From the NCBI GenBank assembly GCA_040222015.1, contig JAVJWO010000005.1:16823-80822 (forward strand): 64,000 bases of DNA, read 5' to 3'. A model generated the notes under the pieces. That model made no database searches and was not told where the DNA came from. It saw only the letters and a list, made by a program, of their open reading frames with translations. This DNA is from Coleofasciculus chthonoplastes F2-STO-03 (GTDB lineage Bacteria > Cyanobacteriota > Cyanobacteriia > Cyanobacteriales > Coleofasciculaceae). This document shows positions 18,899 to 27,689 of the stretch, piece after piece; positions within the stretch are counted from its first letter, which is position 1; the number at the start of each line of letters is the position of its first letter. A program made the position numbers and the translations under genes.

Positions 18899-19330
18899 AT
18901 GAAACAGCCGTTTATCTTGTCTCCCCGCTACCGATTGGATGACGATTCTCCATGGTTGGAAGGAATTGATCCATCACGCCACTATTGGATTACCGTCAAT
19001 GGTGATCCGGATATCCAGGTCGCAATTCCAGGATTAACGGTGTCATCACTCAAGGAATGGAAGCAAATATTATGGCGGTTCCGAAGTCTTCAAGGGGGCG
19101 ATCGCATGGAACTGCGGCGAATTGCCAACACCTCAACCATTCAGTGTATCAGCGCCAACTGCTACGCGATCGCAGCCAAGATTGACGGCGCGGCTGTCTG
19201 GCATTTGTTTGATCAAGAAGCATTAGAGAGTTTGTTAATGACAGCTCATCCCGATTGGCTTTGTGCGCCCAGAGATATTGAGTTGGGGCGTCAGTTGCTC
19301 GCTCGTTCCTGGCAGCAAGTGGCAGCTTAG
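18899..19330 (+). CDS. Hypothetical protein, probably a conserved cyanobacterial family
   Basis: 143-aa ORF with ATG start. Confidence 0.75.
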   Translation: MKQPFILSPRYRLDDDSPWLEGIDPSRHYWITVNGDPDIQVAIPGLTVSSLKEWKQILWRFRSLQGGDRMELRRIANTSTIQCISANCYAIAAKIDGAAVWHLFDQEALESLLMTAHPDWLCAPRDIELGRQLLARSWQQVAA

Positions 19331-19383
19331 TTGTCATTCGTCATTCGTCATTTGTCATTCGTCATTTGTCATTCGTCATCGTC
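19331..19383. repeat. STRR heptamer array (GTCATTC/GTCATTT)n
   Basis: Read directly; also at ~46143-46170 and ~51217-51247. Confidence 0.9.
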
Positions 19384-19476
19384 TTAAGCTGAGGAGTTCT
19401 TAATTCTGACGAAACTAATCCTTTGTTCGGGATTGAGAAGAAATATCCAACCTACATTGACACTAAATAAGGACCA

Positions 19477-20409
19477 ATGACCAATGACAAAAGCAATCAA
19501 ATTAAACAAAAAGCGCGATCGCTAGGATTTCATCACTGTGGTATTGCAGGGGTAGAAGGGAATGCTGACGAGGAAGCCACTCAACATCTGAAAACTTGGT
19601 TGGCTCAAGGCTATCATGCTGACATGGACTGGATGCAGAATCCGCGTCGCTTAGATATCCATACCTGTATGCCAGGGGTTAAATCCGTTATTTCCGTTGC
19701 CCTTAACTATTACACCCCTCACCAACGTCCTCAAGGAAACGAGTACGCGAAGATATCCCGTTATGCTTGGGGACGAGATTATCATAAGGTGATGCACAAA
19801 AAACTCAAAGCCTTGACCCACTGGCTACAAGCCCAAGGGGAAGGAATCCAAGCTCGTTACTATGTAGACACCGGTCCAGTGCAGGATAAAGTGTGGGCAG
19901 AACGTGCTGGAATTGGTTGGATCGCAAAAAATGGTAATCTAATTACGCGAGAGTATGGCAGTTGGGTATTTTTAGGGGAAATTTTAACTAACTTATCTCT
20001 GACACCAGATACTCCCCATACCCAGCATTGCGGAACCTGTACCCGTTGCCTGGAGGCTTGTCCGACCGGAGCAATTGTTAAACCCTTTGTCGTAGATGCC
20101 AATCGTTGTATTGCTTATCATACAATTGAAAACCGAGCAGAGGAACTTCCCTCATCCATCACCCCCCATTTAGAGGGTTGGGTGGCGGGATGTGATATCT
20201 GCCAGGATGTTTGTCCTTGGAACCAACGCTTTGCTCAACCAACAGATGTAGCCGACTTTGAACCCTATCCTGGGAATGTGGCTCCCACGTTAGCGGAACT
20301 GGCGACACTTTCAGATCACCAATGGCATCAACGATTTCCGGCATCCGCGTTGCGACGCATCAAACCTCAGATGTGGCGACGCAACGCCAAAGCCAATCAA
20401 CAGAAGTAG
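19477..20409 (+). CDS. queG: tRNA epoxyqueuosine(34) reductase
   Basis: [44 protein letters not shown]. Confidence 0.93.
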   Translation: MTNDKSNQIKQKARSLGFHHCGIAGVEGNADEEATQHLKTWLAQGYHADMDWMQNPRRLDIHTCMPGVKSVISVALNYYTPHQRPQGNEYAKISRYAWGRDYHKVMHKKLKALTHWLQAQGEGIQARYYVDTGPVQDKVWAERAGIGWIAKNGNLITREYGSWVFLGEILTNLSLTPDTPHTQHCGTCTRCLEACPTGAIVKPFVVDANRCIAYHTIENRAEELPSSITPHLEGWVAGCDICQDVCPWNQRFAQPTDVADFEPYPGNVAPTLAELATLSDHQWHQRFPASALRRIKPQMWRRNAKANQQK

Positions 20410-20567
20410 ACGCACAATATCGCCATTGGACTTAAACTTGTACAGAATTTTGATAAAAAGATGAGAATTTTTTCTCAGATCGGTAATTTGATTGCTAATC
20501 TAAGCGATAGGAAATGCTTTAGAGCATCTTAATATAGAGAATTCTATAGCCATAAGAGCGAGCCATT

Positions 20568-21677
20568 ATGTCTCAGGATATCAATACTCACGACAACGCA
20601 AACAAGCCATCAACCACCTCCACTGCTATCCAGTCTTGGTCAGCCGAAGCCGATGCGGATAAGTTAATGGATGATTTATTTGCAGATCTTGACCGCATCT
20701 TGGAAGGGAGTAGCAAATTACCGACGGAACCGACTAAGCCAGACTATGTATCTTTAAAGTCGATTGTGATTCCCCCCATCACCGCGCCACCTGCTGTGAT
20801 ACCGACTCAAGACTTGGTGGAACAGCCATCTGGAGAGAAAAAGGAAACGCCAAAAACCCAGGTTTCAGAGACAAAGGGAACAAAGAGTAGTGGTTCCAAG
20901 AGCCAAGGCTCAGCTTGGTCTGTGGATAAATTATTATGGGTAATGGCTCTGATTTCAGTGGCTCTAACCGCACTGTTGCTACTGATTACTCAAAAACAAC
21001 GGTTTGCACCCTGGTTGCCCAACTTTATCGCCTCACCGTCTGCTGACACCCAACTCCCCTCAGAAGCAGATTACGAGTTTGGAGAGTATGCTTTGGAGGC
21101 GCTAGAAGAGATTGACAGTAAAGCGAAAGAAAGACAACAAGCCGCGATCGCAGGTGGTGGAAATCCTCCAGTTTCGACCAACTTAGGTGCGAATCCACCG
21201 GGTACAATTTTGGAAAGAATCTACTATCCGGTTTATCCACCCCAAAATTCCTGGATACCGCCTGTACCCCCCGCCAACTCCTCGGTAGCCTCTCCGCCAG
21301 CCCCAACCCCTTCACCTCCTGCCAATCCGCCATCACCCACCCCACCACCACCTCAAGTCACGATCCAAACACCGCCACTACCGCCTCCAACGGTTGCTCC
21401 AACCTCACCTACAGCACCAGCACCGCCAACAGCATCAGCACCGCCAACGCCACCAGCACCACCACCCCCACCTCCTGTAAACCATACTCTGGTGGGTGTG
21501 CTAGAGTCAGACCAACTTTCTGCTGCCTTATTTGAAATTGATGGGATCACTCAGCGGATTAACATTGGTGAAGCCATTGGCACAAGTGGCTGGATGTTAG
21601 TTGATGTGAACAACGGAGAAGCGATTATTCGACGGAATGGAGAAGTTCGCTCGGTTTACACAGGGCAGACATTCTAA
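20568..21677 (+). CDS. Single-TM proline-rich protein with a C-terminal PilP/T2SS-C-like beta domain
   Basis: TM helix, Pro-rich linker, LVGVLE...AALFEIDG..IGE.IG..GW.L. Confidence 0.6.
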   Translation: MSQDINTHDNANKPSTTSTAIQSWSAEADADKLMDDLFADLDRILEGSSKLPTEPTKPDYVSLKSIVIPPITAPPAVIPTQDLVEQPSGEKKETPKTQVSETKGTKSSGSKSQGSAWSVDKLLWVMALISVALTALLLLITQKQRFAPWLPNFIASPSADTQLPSEADYEFGEYALEALEEIDSKAKERQQAAIAGGGNPPVSTNLGANPPGTILERIYYPVYPPQNSWIPPVPPANSSVASPPAPTPSPPANPPSPTPPPPQVTIQTPPLPPPTVAPTSPTAPAPPTASAPPTPPAPPPPPPVNHTLVGVLESDQLSAALFEIDGITQRINIGEAIGTSGWMLVDVNNGEAIIRRNGEVRSVYTGQTF

Positions 21678-21707
21678 ATTAGACACTCGGCAAAAAAGTG
21701 CCAACGT

Positions 21708-22544
21708 TCAAGTGCCAAACCCTAAGCGAGTACCCACATGGCAGCTTATACAGTTGCCTAGAAAATGATGCCACAAAAACGCGATCGCGGCGGTTCCGGT
21801 ACAGTGATTCGCCCCTAATACCTGAACCTCATAGTTCGCCAAGGTTTCCACCGTTGCTTGCCAGCGATCGCGACTCGCCCTTAATAGGTGCATTCCCCCA
21901 ATTACGGCGTAAAACTTATCGGTTCCGGTGATTTGGGCAATATAATTGAGGGTATTAATTACACCTGAATGAGCGCAGCCTAAAATCACCACCATTCCTG
22001 CGGGTGTATCCAGAAACAAGGCTTGATCATCCACAATCAAATCCACTTGATTTTGCTGGGAATCGTGCCAAAAATCACCCCCTGTATCTTCTAGGGGATG
22101 ACACCGGGGAATTGAACCCGTCAAGTAAATACCAGGGATAACTTCTGTCGGTTTATCTGTCCAAACTAACTGATCAATCGTCTGTTTGAGCCTATCTGCA
22201 TCTTGAATCGGAGAGCCAATATTCCCTCTGGGACTAAACTTGGGTTGTAGCGCCGCCGGATGCAGAAAGAGTTTAGCAATATTACAGTCTTCTAAGAGAG
22301 TCATTAAACCACCTGTATGATCATAATGACCATGACTCAGCGCCACCGCATCTAAATGTTGTAGTGAAATTCCCAACTGTTGAGCATTGTGGCGCAATGT
22401 TAACCCCTGCCCTGTATCAAATAAAATGCGCTGGGAGTCGGTTTCAATCAGATAAGACAACCCATGTTCTCCTAACAATCCCCGCCCATAAGCTGTATTC
22501 TCAACTAAAACGGTAAGCTGAAAAGTATTTTGATTAGTTTGCAT
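21708..22544 (-). CDS. MBL-fold metallo-hydrolase
   Basis: EHGLS, LFDTG, SHGHYDHTGG, GCAHSG, GGMHL, HCTG. Confidence 0.88.
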   Translation of the reverse strand: MQTNQNTFQLTVLVENTAYGRGLLGEHGLSYLIETDSQRILFDTGQGLTLRHNAQQLGISLQHLDAVALSHGHYDHTGGLMTLLEDCNIAKLFLHPAALQPKFSPRGNIGSPIQDADRLKQTIDQLVWTDKPTEVIPGIYLTGSIPRCHPLEDTGGDFWHDSQQNQVDLIVDDQALFLDTPAGMVVILGCAHSGVINTLNYIAQITGTDKFYAVIGGMHLLRASRDRWQATVETLANYEVQVLGANHCTGTAAIAFLWHHFLGNCISCHVGTRLGFGT

Positions 22545-22550
22545 AGGTTG

Positions 22551-22700
22551 TACCAAATCCGGGTTAGCCATCCCCGTTATACCAAATCCGGGTTAACTAC
22601 CCCCTTTATGGGTGGGGAATGGGGTGTGGGGTGTGGGGTGTCGGGTGTGGGGAATAGCAGCCAAGGGATAAAGGGGGTGACAACGGCAAATTTTGTATTA
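22551..22700. repeat. TACCAAATCCGGGTTA x2 plus GGGGTGT heptamers (MITE-like)
   Basis: Read directly; right boundary approximate. Confidence 0.6.
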
Positions 22701-22782
22701 TAACCTAGTCCTTGTCAAGCAGACTTTGGCAAGTGTAGCAGCGATTTTAATCGCCTCCGTCAAAAGGGGGTTACTCTCTACG

Positions 22783-24615
22783 TTAGGATTGTTTCTGCGA
22801 TCGCGGAAGTTTCACCACAAACTCAGTGCCTTTTCCGGGTTGGGAACAATAGTCGAGAGTACCGCCATGTTTCTCCACAATTTTATAACTAATTGATAAT
22901 CCTAATCCCGTTCCCTTGCCAACAGGTTTAGTGGTAAAAAACGGCTCAAACACTCGTGATTTGAGTTCTGCTGGTATACCCAAACCATTATCCCGAACCC
23001 GAATCGCCACCATTTCATCGTCTAATTGTTGAGTCAAAATCTCAATCCTTGGCTGCTTCACAAAAGCGGATTCTAAAGCATCAATCGCATTAATTAGCAG
23101 ATTCATAAACACTTGATTGATTTCTCCAGCATAGCACTCGACTAAGGGCAAGTCACCATAGTCTTTAACTACCTGAATAGCCGGACGGTTGGGATTGGCT
23201 TGCCAGCGATTTTCGAGAATTAATAGAGTATTGTCAATTCCTTCATGCAAATCAACCGTTTTCATCTCCGCTTCATCGAGTCGCGAAAAGTTCCGCAATG
23301 ATTGCACAATTTTGCGAATCCGATCGGCTCCGATTTTGATCGAGTCCAGTAATTTAGGAAAGTCTCGCTGAATAAACTCCCAATCCAGTTGCTGTAATTT
23401 GGCTTGAATAATAGGATTGGAATTGGGATAGGATTGCTGATAAAGCTGTACCAGTTCCAAAACATCATCGATATAATCTTTAGCCGGATTAATATTGCCG
23501 TAAATAAAGCTAACTGGGTTATTAATTTCATGAGCCACTCCCGCCACCAGTTGTCCCAAACTGGACATTTTTTCTTGTTGGATGAGTTGAGCTTGCGTCT
23601 GTTGCAATTGTTGCAAAGCTGCTGTCAGTTCTATGGCTTTCTGGGCTTCCGATTCAGCAATTGAGCGGGTTTGGGCGTAGAGTTCCGCTTGCGTAAGCGC
23701 GATCGCCAGTTTATCGGCTACCCGTTCTAACAAGTCTACTTCGTTATCATTCCAATGTCGCGTTTTCCCACTATGACTGCAACAGATAGCGCCAATTTTC
23801 CCCGATTGAGTGTGAACGGGGACAAAAACCACCGCACGATAGTTTAATGTCTCCAGAAAAAATTGGCGTTCGACGGGATTTTGCAACGTGAGGGTATCTT
23901 CAATACGAGTCACTTCTTTGCGGGTGATTTTGGCAATTAAGGGGGTAATGTCGGCTACGGGAACCCGACTTCCGTTTAAGGAAGGTAACTCAGGGTGTTT
24001 GACTTCAGCGATAACTTCTGCTACGGGAGGAATAGCGTCTGGTACATATAATCGGAAGACGCAGCGTTCCAATTCTAACAAGTGATAAAGTTTATCAACG
24101 GCAGTTTCCACCACCGTATTAAAATCAAGAGAAGCGCGAATTTGACTAGCAATACTATTCAGCAGTGATTCTCGCTGTGCTAGTTGTCGATATCGGGTTT
24201 CCGAGTCTTGCAACGCTTGTTCAAATTGCTTACGTTGTGTGATATTTGTACAGGTTCCCACCAGTCGATAAATGTGCCCATTATCATCTTTGAGAGGGGT
24301 GAGTCCCGTCAGCCACCAAATCGGTTCTCCGTCTAGAGTAACGAGTTTTTCGTAATGAATGGTTTTTCCCGCCTTAACGCATTCATCATAAAGTTCTATA
24401 CAGGGCGAGGCAAATTCAGGTGGTAATACCTCGCTCAGTAAACGTCCACGCAGGTTATCTGAGGTTAACCCCAAATTTTTTTTAGCCACAGGATTAAAAT
24501 CGGCGTAACGGTAATTTCCTTGAGCATCGATATCGATCACGAAAATGGGATGATCGACCTTTTCGTAGATACTGCGTAAGCCGAAGCAACTCTGTTGAGT
24601 GGAGAGAATAGACAT
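22783..24615 (-). CDS. PAS-GAF sensor histidine kinase
   Basis: PAS_4 N-terminus, GAF, EKMSSLGQLVAGVAHEINNP, NQVFMNLL.NAIDA, PFFTTKPVGKGTGLGL. Confidence 0.92.
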   Translation of the reverse strand: MSILSTQQSCFGLRSIYEKVDHPIFVIDIDAQGNYRYADFNPVAKKNLGLTSDNLRGRLLSEVLPPEFASPCIELYDECVKAGKTIHYEKLVTLDGEPIWWLTGLTPLKDDNGHIYRLVGTCTNITQRKQFEQALQDSETRYRQLAQRESLLNSIASQIRASLDFNTVVETAVDKLYHLLELERCVFRLYVPDAIPPVAEVIAEVKHPELPSLNGSRVPVADITPLIAKITRKEVTRIEDTLTLQNPVERQFFLETLNYRAVVFVPVHTQSGKIGAICCSHSGKTRHWNDNEVDLLERVADKLAIALTQAELYAQTRSIAESEAQKAIELTAALQQLQQTQAQLIQQEKMSSLGQLVAGVAHEINNPVSFIYGNINPAKDYIDDVLELVQLYQQSYPNSNPIIQAKLQQLDWEFIQRDFPKLLDSIKIGADRIRKIVQSLRNFSRLDEAEMKTVDLHEGIDNTLLILENRWQANPNRPAIQVVKDYGDLPLVECYAGEINQVFMNLLINAIDALESAFVKQPRIEILTQQLDDEMVAIRVRDNGLGIPAELKSRVFEPFFTTKPVGKGTGLGLSISYKIVEKHGGTLDYCSQPGKGTEFVVKLPRSQKQS

Positions 24616-25029
24616 GGCTGCAAGTTCCAGAACGATTTGAGCGAGCCAACTCTAAGCAATTGCGTAAGATGAGATAAGCTGTTCGGCATTTAAACCTTAA
24701 TGTCAAGAATGGCTCTCATCCTTTTAGTGCGTTAAGCGAAGCCATGCCGCAGGCTTTGCATCTTGCTCGCTACTAATACCCAATTTAAATGCATGACAGC
24801 TTAGATTCCCCTGATGAACCGAAGCGGCTATAGTAATTAATTAGATTGGCTCTTGGTCTATTCTACCACTGTTTAAAATTCATTCAGCCAGCGTCATGTC
24901 GGATTTTAGATTAAAACTTTCAACCGTGAGTGCGGCAAAAGCTAACATGAAACCTAAGTAATGGAGATAAGCTGTAATCGAACTCGCCCACATTGTTATC
25001 TGTCTTGATTTTTGCTGATTTGATTAATT

Positions 25030-25118
25030 AGGACTTACGCAAAGGCTCTATTTGTAGGGTGTGTTAGCGTAGCGTAACGCACATTTACCCCCATCCGTGG
25101 TGTGTCTGCGTAAGTCCT
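25030..25118. mobile_element. MITE-like element with AGGACTTACGCA/TGCGTAAGTCCT terminal inverted repeats and an internal GTAGGGTG REP
   Basis: 12-bp perfect TIRs at 25030-25041 and 25107-25118. Confidence 0.7.
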
Positions 25119-25210
25119 GTTAATAATTTGATGTTGGCTAGGTAAAAACAATCAGTATATCACTGGTTTCGGCGATCCCCAAAGGGGTCCAATTTTCAGT
25201 GCCATTCATC

Positions 25211-25615
25211 CTAAGTCTCACTGACAGTTTCACGTCCGTGACGGTGTTGATGACGGTGTTGATGCTGATGTTCATGATCATGACATTCGCTATCTTCTCT
25301 GACCAAAGAACCATTAAGATAAGCTTCAACCGCTTTATCTAGATCCGTTTCTTTAGTAATAATCGGTTCAATTCCCTTCTGTTCCAGACGGCTTACCAAT
25401 TTCTTTCCCATTCCCCCAGCAATCAAAACCTGCACATCATCTAACGGGTGGGAGTTGTTGGGTTTGCTATTGTGAAACGACTGTTCGGGGGACAATTCCA
25501 AAAGCGTTTTAGCGGTGATTTCATTATCTTTAATGTCGTAAATCCAAAACCTCTGGCAATGTCCAGCGTGTTCGGTTATGCTGGTTTTATTTTGACTAGC
25601 GACAGCAATTTTCAT
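25211..25615 (-). CDS. NifB/NifX-family (FeMo-cofactor-binding fold) protein with a His-rich tail
   Basis: MKIAVAS...HAGHCQRF.IYDI, VLIAGGMG, AVEAYL.G.L; tail HDHEHQHQHRHQHRH. Confidence 0.8.
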   Translation of the reverse strand: MKIAVASQNKTSITEHAGHCQRFWIYDIKDNEITAKTLLELSPEQSFHNSKPNNSHPLDDVQVLIAGGMGKKLVSRLEQKGIEPIITKETDLDKAVEAYLNGSLVREDSECHDHEHQHQHRHQHRHGRETVSET

Positions 25616-25661
25616 GGTTTTTCCTATTTTTAATGAATGGTTACTTGAACTGGCGTAAAAG

Positions 25662-25880
25662 CTACGCGGGTGGATGATCGTGAGGTGGGCGAGTGTTGAT
25701 ACCGAGTAAGCGATAAATGCCGCAAAAGCCAATCGCCGCACTGAAGGCAAGCAAAGCGGCGGCAATATCTAATCCAACGACTAAGCCCGTATCTTGATAA
25801 ACACTCAACCCTGCATAAAGCAAAATTTCTGCTAAAAGTAAGCGAACAATCTGATCGAAGCGTCCGACATTGTTGAACAT
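25662..25880 (-). CDS. DUF2892 (YgaP-like) membrane protein
   Basis: NVGRFDQIVR...GFCGIYRLLGINT. Confidence 0.82.
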   Translation of the reverse strand: MFNNVGRFDQIVRLLLAEILLYAGLSVYQDTGLVVGLDIAAALLAFSAAIGFCGIYRLLGINTRPPHDHPPA

Positions 25881-26404
25881 GATACCTAATGTAAACGAAC
25901 AGTAGATTTTTCGGCGTTCTAACACTCTGAACCGATTGCCTAATGGTTACGGCAATTCTGGGTTATTGGCTAAGAGTGTTTCCCGCCTTGCCTGGGAAAC
26001 TTTCAGCTATTTGTTGAATATATCACTAGATAGTTGATTAAGCAAGTCAAAGCAGCCAGCTAGTAGAGACGTTGGCGACAATACCTCTACCTTGGTGCCA
26101 GGGAAGCCTTTCCACGCCTAGATTTGGGGGCAGGTATGTGGGGTAACAGAGGTGAGAGCGATCGCGTTATCATCCACATTTCGCACTTCAGATGAAGCAT
26201 TAGATAGCGCTTACACCTCCCAATTTCCCCTAACCCCAATGTCTTTCGCACCTCCTCACTACTCACAACTTAACGAGGGATTGTTCTATAATAGTGCCAA
26301 TGAATCTATATTCAGTTATTATGTCTACCCATCCCCTTAAAGAAATTTCTCAAAAAACCGATTTTTAAAAAAATGATCAAGAACAAAAATCTAACGGAAT
26401 ACCT

Positions 26405-26824
26405 TTGGTGTTTATAGACACAAATGTTGTGGCGGCTTACCTGCGTGGTGAGTCCTCTAGTTCTCATCTATTTTCTGACGAAATACTTAAGAAAGTCCAT
26501 CTTGCCATCAACCCAATAGTCCTTCAAGAGCTATTATTTATCGCCGAGACTCGCAAACATCCTGAAATACTTAATGTAGTACAACAACAATTCAGGGTAT
26601 TACCTATAAATCTTGACAAGGCTGATGAGTATCTTAAATACGCTGTAGATCTTCGCAACAAAATACCTCATTCAAATGATATTTTGATGCTTAGTAGCGC
26701 AGTTGAATGCGATTACTTGGTGACTTACGATTTGGCATTAAAAGCATTAAGTTCGCGCTTGAGCTGTAAACCCCAGGTCGTTACACCTGAACAACTCCTC
26801 TCTCAACTTGGAAGTAAGGCGTGA
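26405..26824 (+). CDS. PIN-domain (VapC-like) protein
   Basis: VFIDTNV, LQEL, D..ML..A, LVTYD; TTG start uncertain. Confidence 0.8.
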   Translation: MVFIDTNVVAAYLRGESSSSHLFSDEILKKVHLAINPIVLQELLFIAETRKHPEILNVVQQQFRVLPINLDKADEYLKYAVDLRNKIPHSNDILMLSSAVECDYLVTYDLALKALSSRLSCKPQVVTPEQLLSQLGSKA

Positions 26825-26898
26825 AGGTTTATATCGATACGGGTGTTTTTATTGATTACCTCGGGTGTGCTTCTTTCAAGCTAGCTAATTTCTTATAA
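26821..26898 (+). pseudogene. Truncated second PIN-domain gene
   Basis: GTGA overlap with the preceding stop; reads MKVYIDTGVFIDYL then stops after 25 codons. Confidence 0.6.
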
Positions 26899-27132
26899 AC
26901 ACTCCCGGCGGTGTAATCCCGGTTTTCAGGAAACGCACATTGGCGGAAGCCCATCCCACAACAATGTCGGCGTTCGGGATTTAGTCAAGGTATCAGTTTG
27001 TGGCATAAGCTATCTGTAAAACCCGCCCCTACAGTCGGTTCTCTCGCCATGACAGCGAAGACAATGTATATGATGGTATGTAATAATATGACTAATCAGT
27101 AAATAACACCGAACCGCACAGCATTACCCCTT

Positions 27133-27546
27133 ATGCCTAATCGCACAGCGACCAAATCCAAGACCAAGAAAGCCACTTCAGTATCCGATTGCGGCATCTC
27201 CCAACTCTCTCCTGTAGCGTTGACCTTGATGGCAGATTTTTTCAAGGTACTCTCGGAAGTCAGTCGGCTACAGATTGTCTGCTGCTTGAAAGCAGGTGCA
27301 AAGAACGTCACAGAGATTATTGAAGAAACCGGATTGGGACAAGCTAACGTATCGAAGCACCTCAAAATACTCAACCAAGCGGGAATCGTGTCCCGTGAAC
27401 AGCAAGGGGTTTGTGTCTACTATAAAATAGCCAACCCGTTTCTGTTTGAATTGTGCGATTTGGTCTGTGATACTCTCTCGATGCAAATGGAGCAGCAAAG
27501 CCGACAAATACAGCAGCTAGCCGCGCTACGCCAAAGTCGCAGATAA
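27133..27546 (+). CDS. ArsR/SmtB-family transcriptional regulator
   Basis: FKVLSEVSRLQI, NVTEI, QANVSKHLKIL..AGIV.R...G..VYY. Confidence 0.9.
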   Translation: MPNRTATKSKTKKATSVSDCGISQLSPVALTLMADFFKVLSEVSRLQIVCCLKAGAKNVTEIIEETGLGQANVSKHLKILNQAGIVSREQQGVCVYYKIANPFLFELCDLVCDTLSMQMEQQSRQIQQLAALRQSRR

Positions 27547-27689
27547 ATTGACCGCCGCGATCAGGGATGCAGGGGTATCACTATTTGTAGAGACACGATA
27601 TGATGTCGTGCCCCTATTCTAGTCTTTAGCATCTGCCTCTAGAAAGATGCTATTGTAGCTAAATGCAGCGATAACTTGTTTGGTGTTAC

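Noticed and set aside
21220..21480. C-rich low-complexity tract as a DNA repeat element
   Set aside because: Explained by Pro/Ala/Thr codons of the protein linker
25211..25615. Nitrogen-fixation cluster
   Set aside because: Only a lone NifB/NifX-fold gene; no nifHDK/ENB in the window
25616..25765. N-terminal extension of the NifX-like ORF
   Set aside because: It overlaps the DUF2892 gene on the same strand; the family N-terminus MKIAVAS begins at 25615
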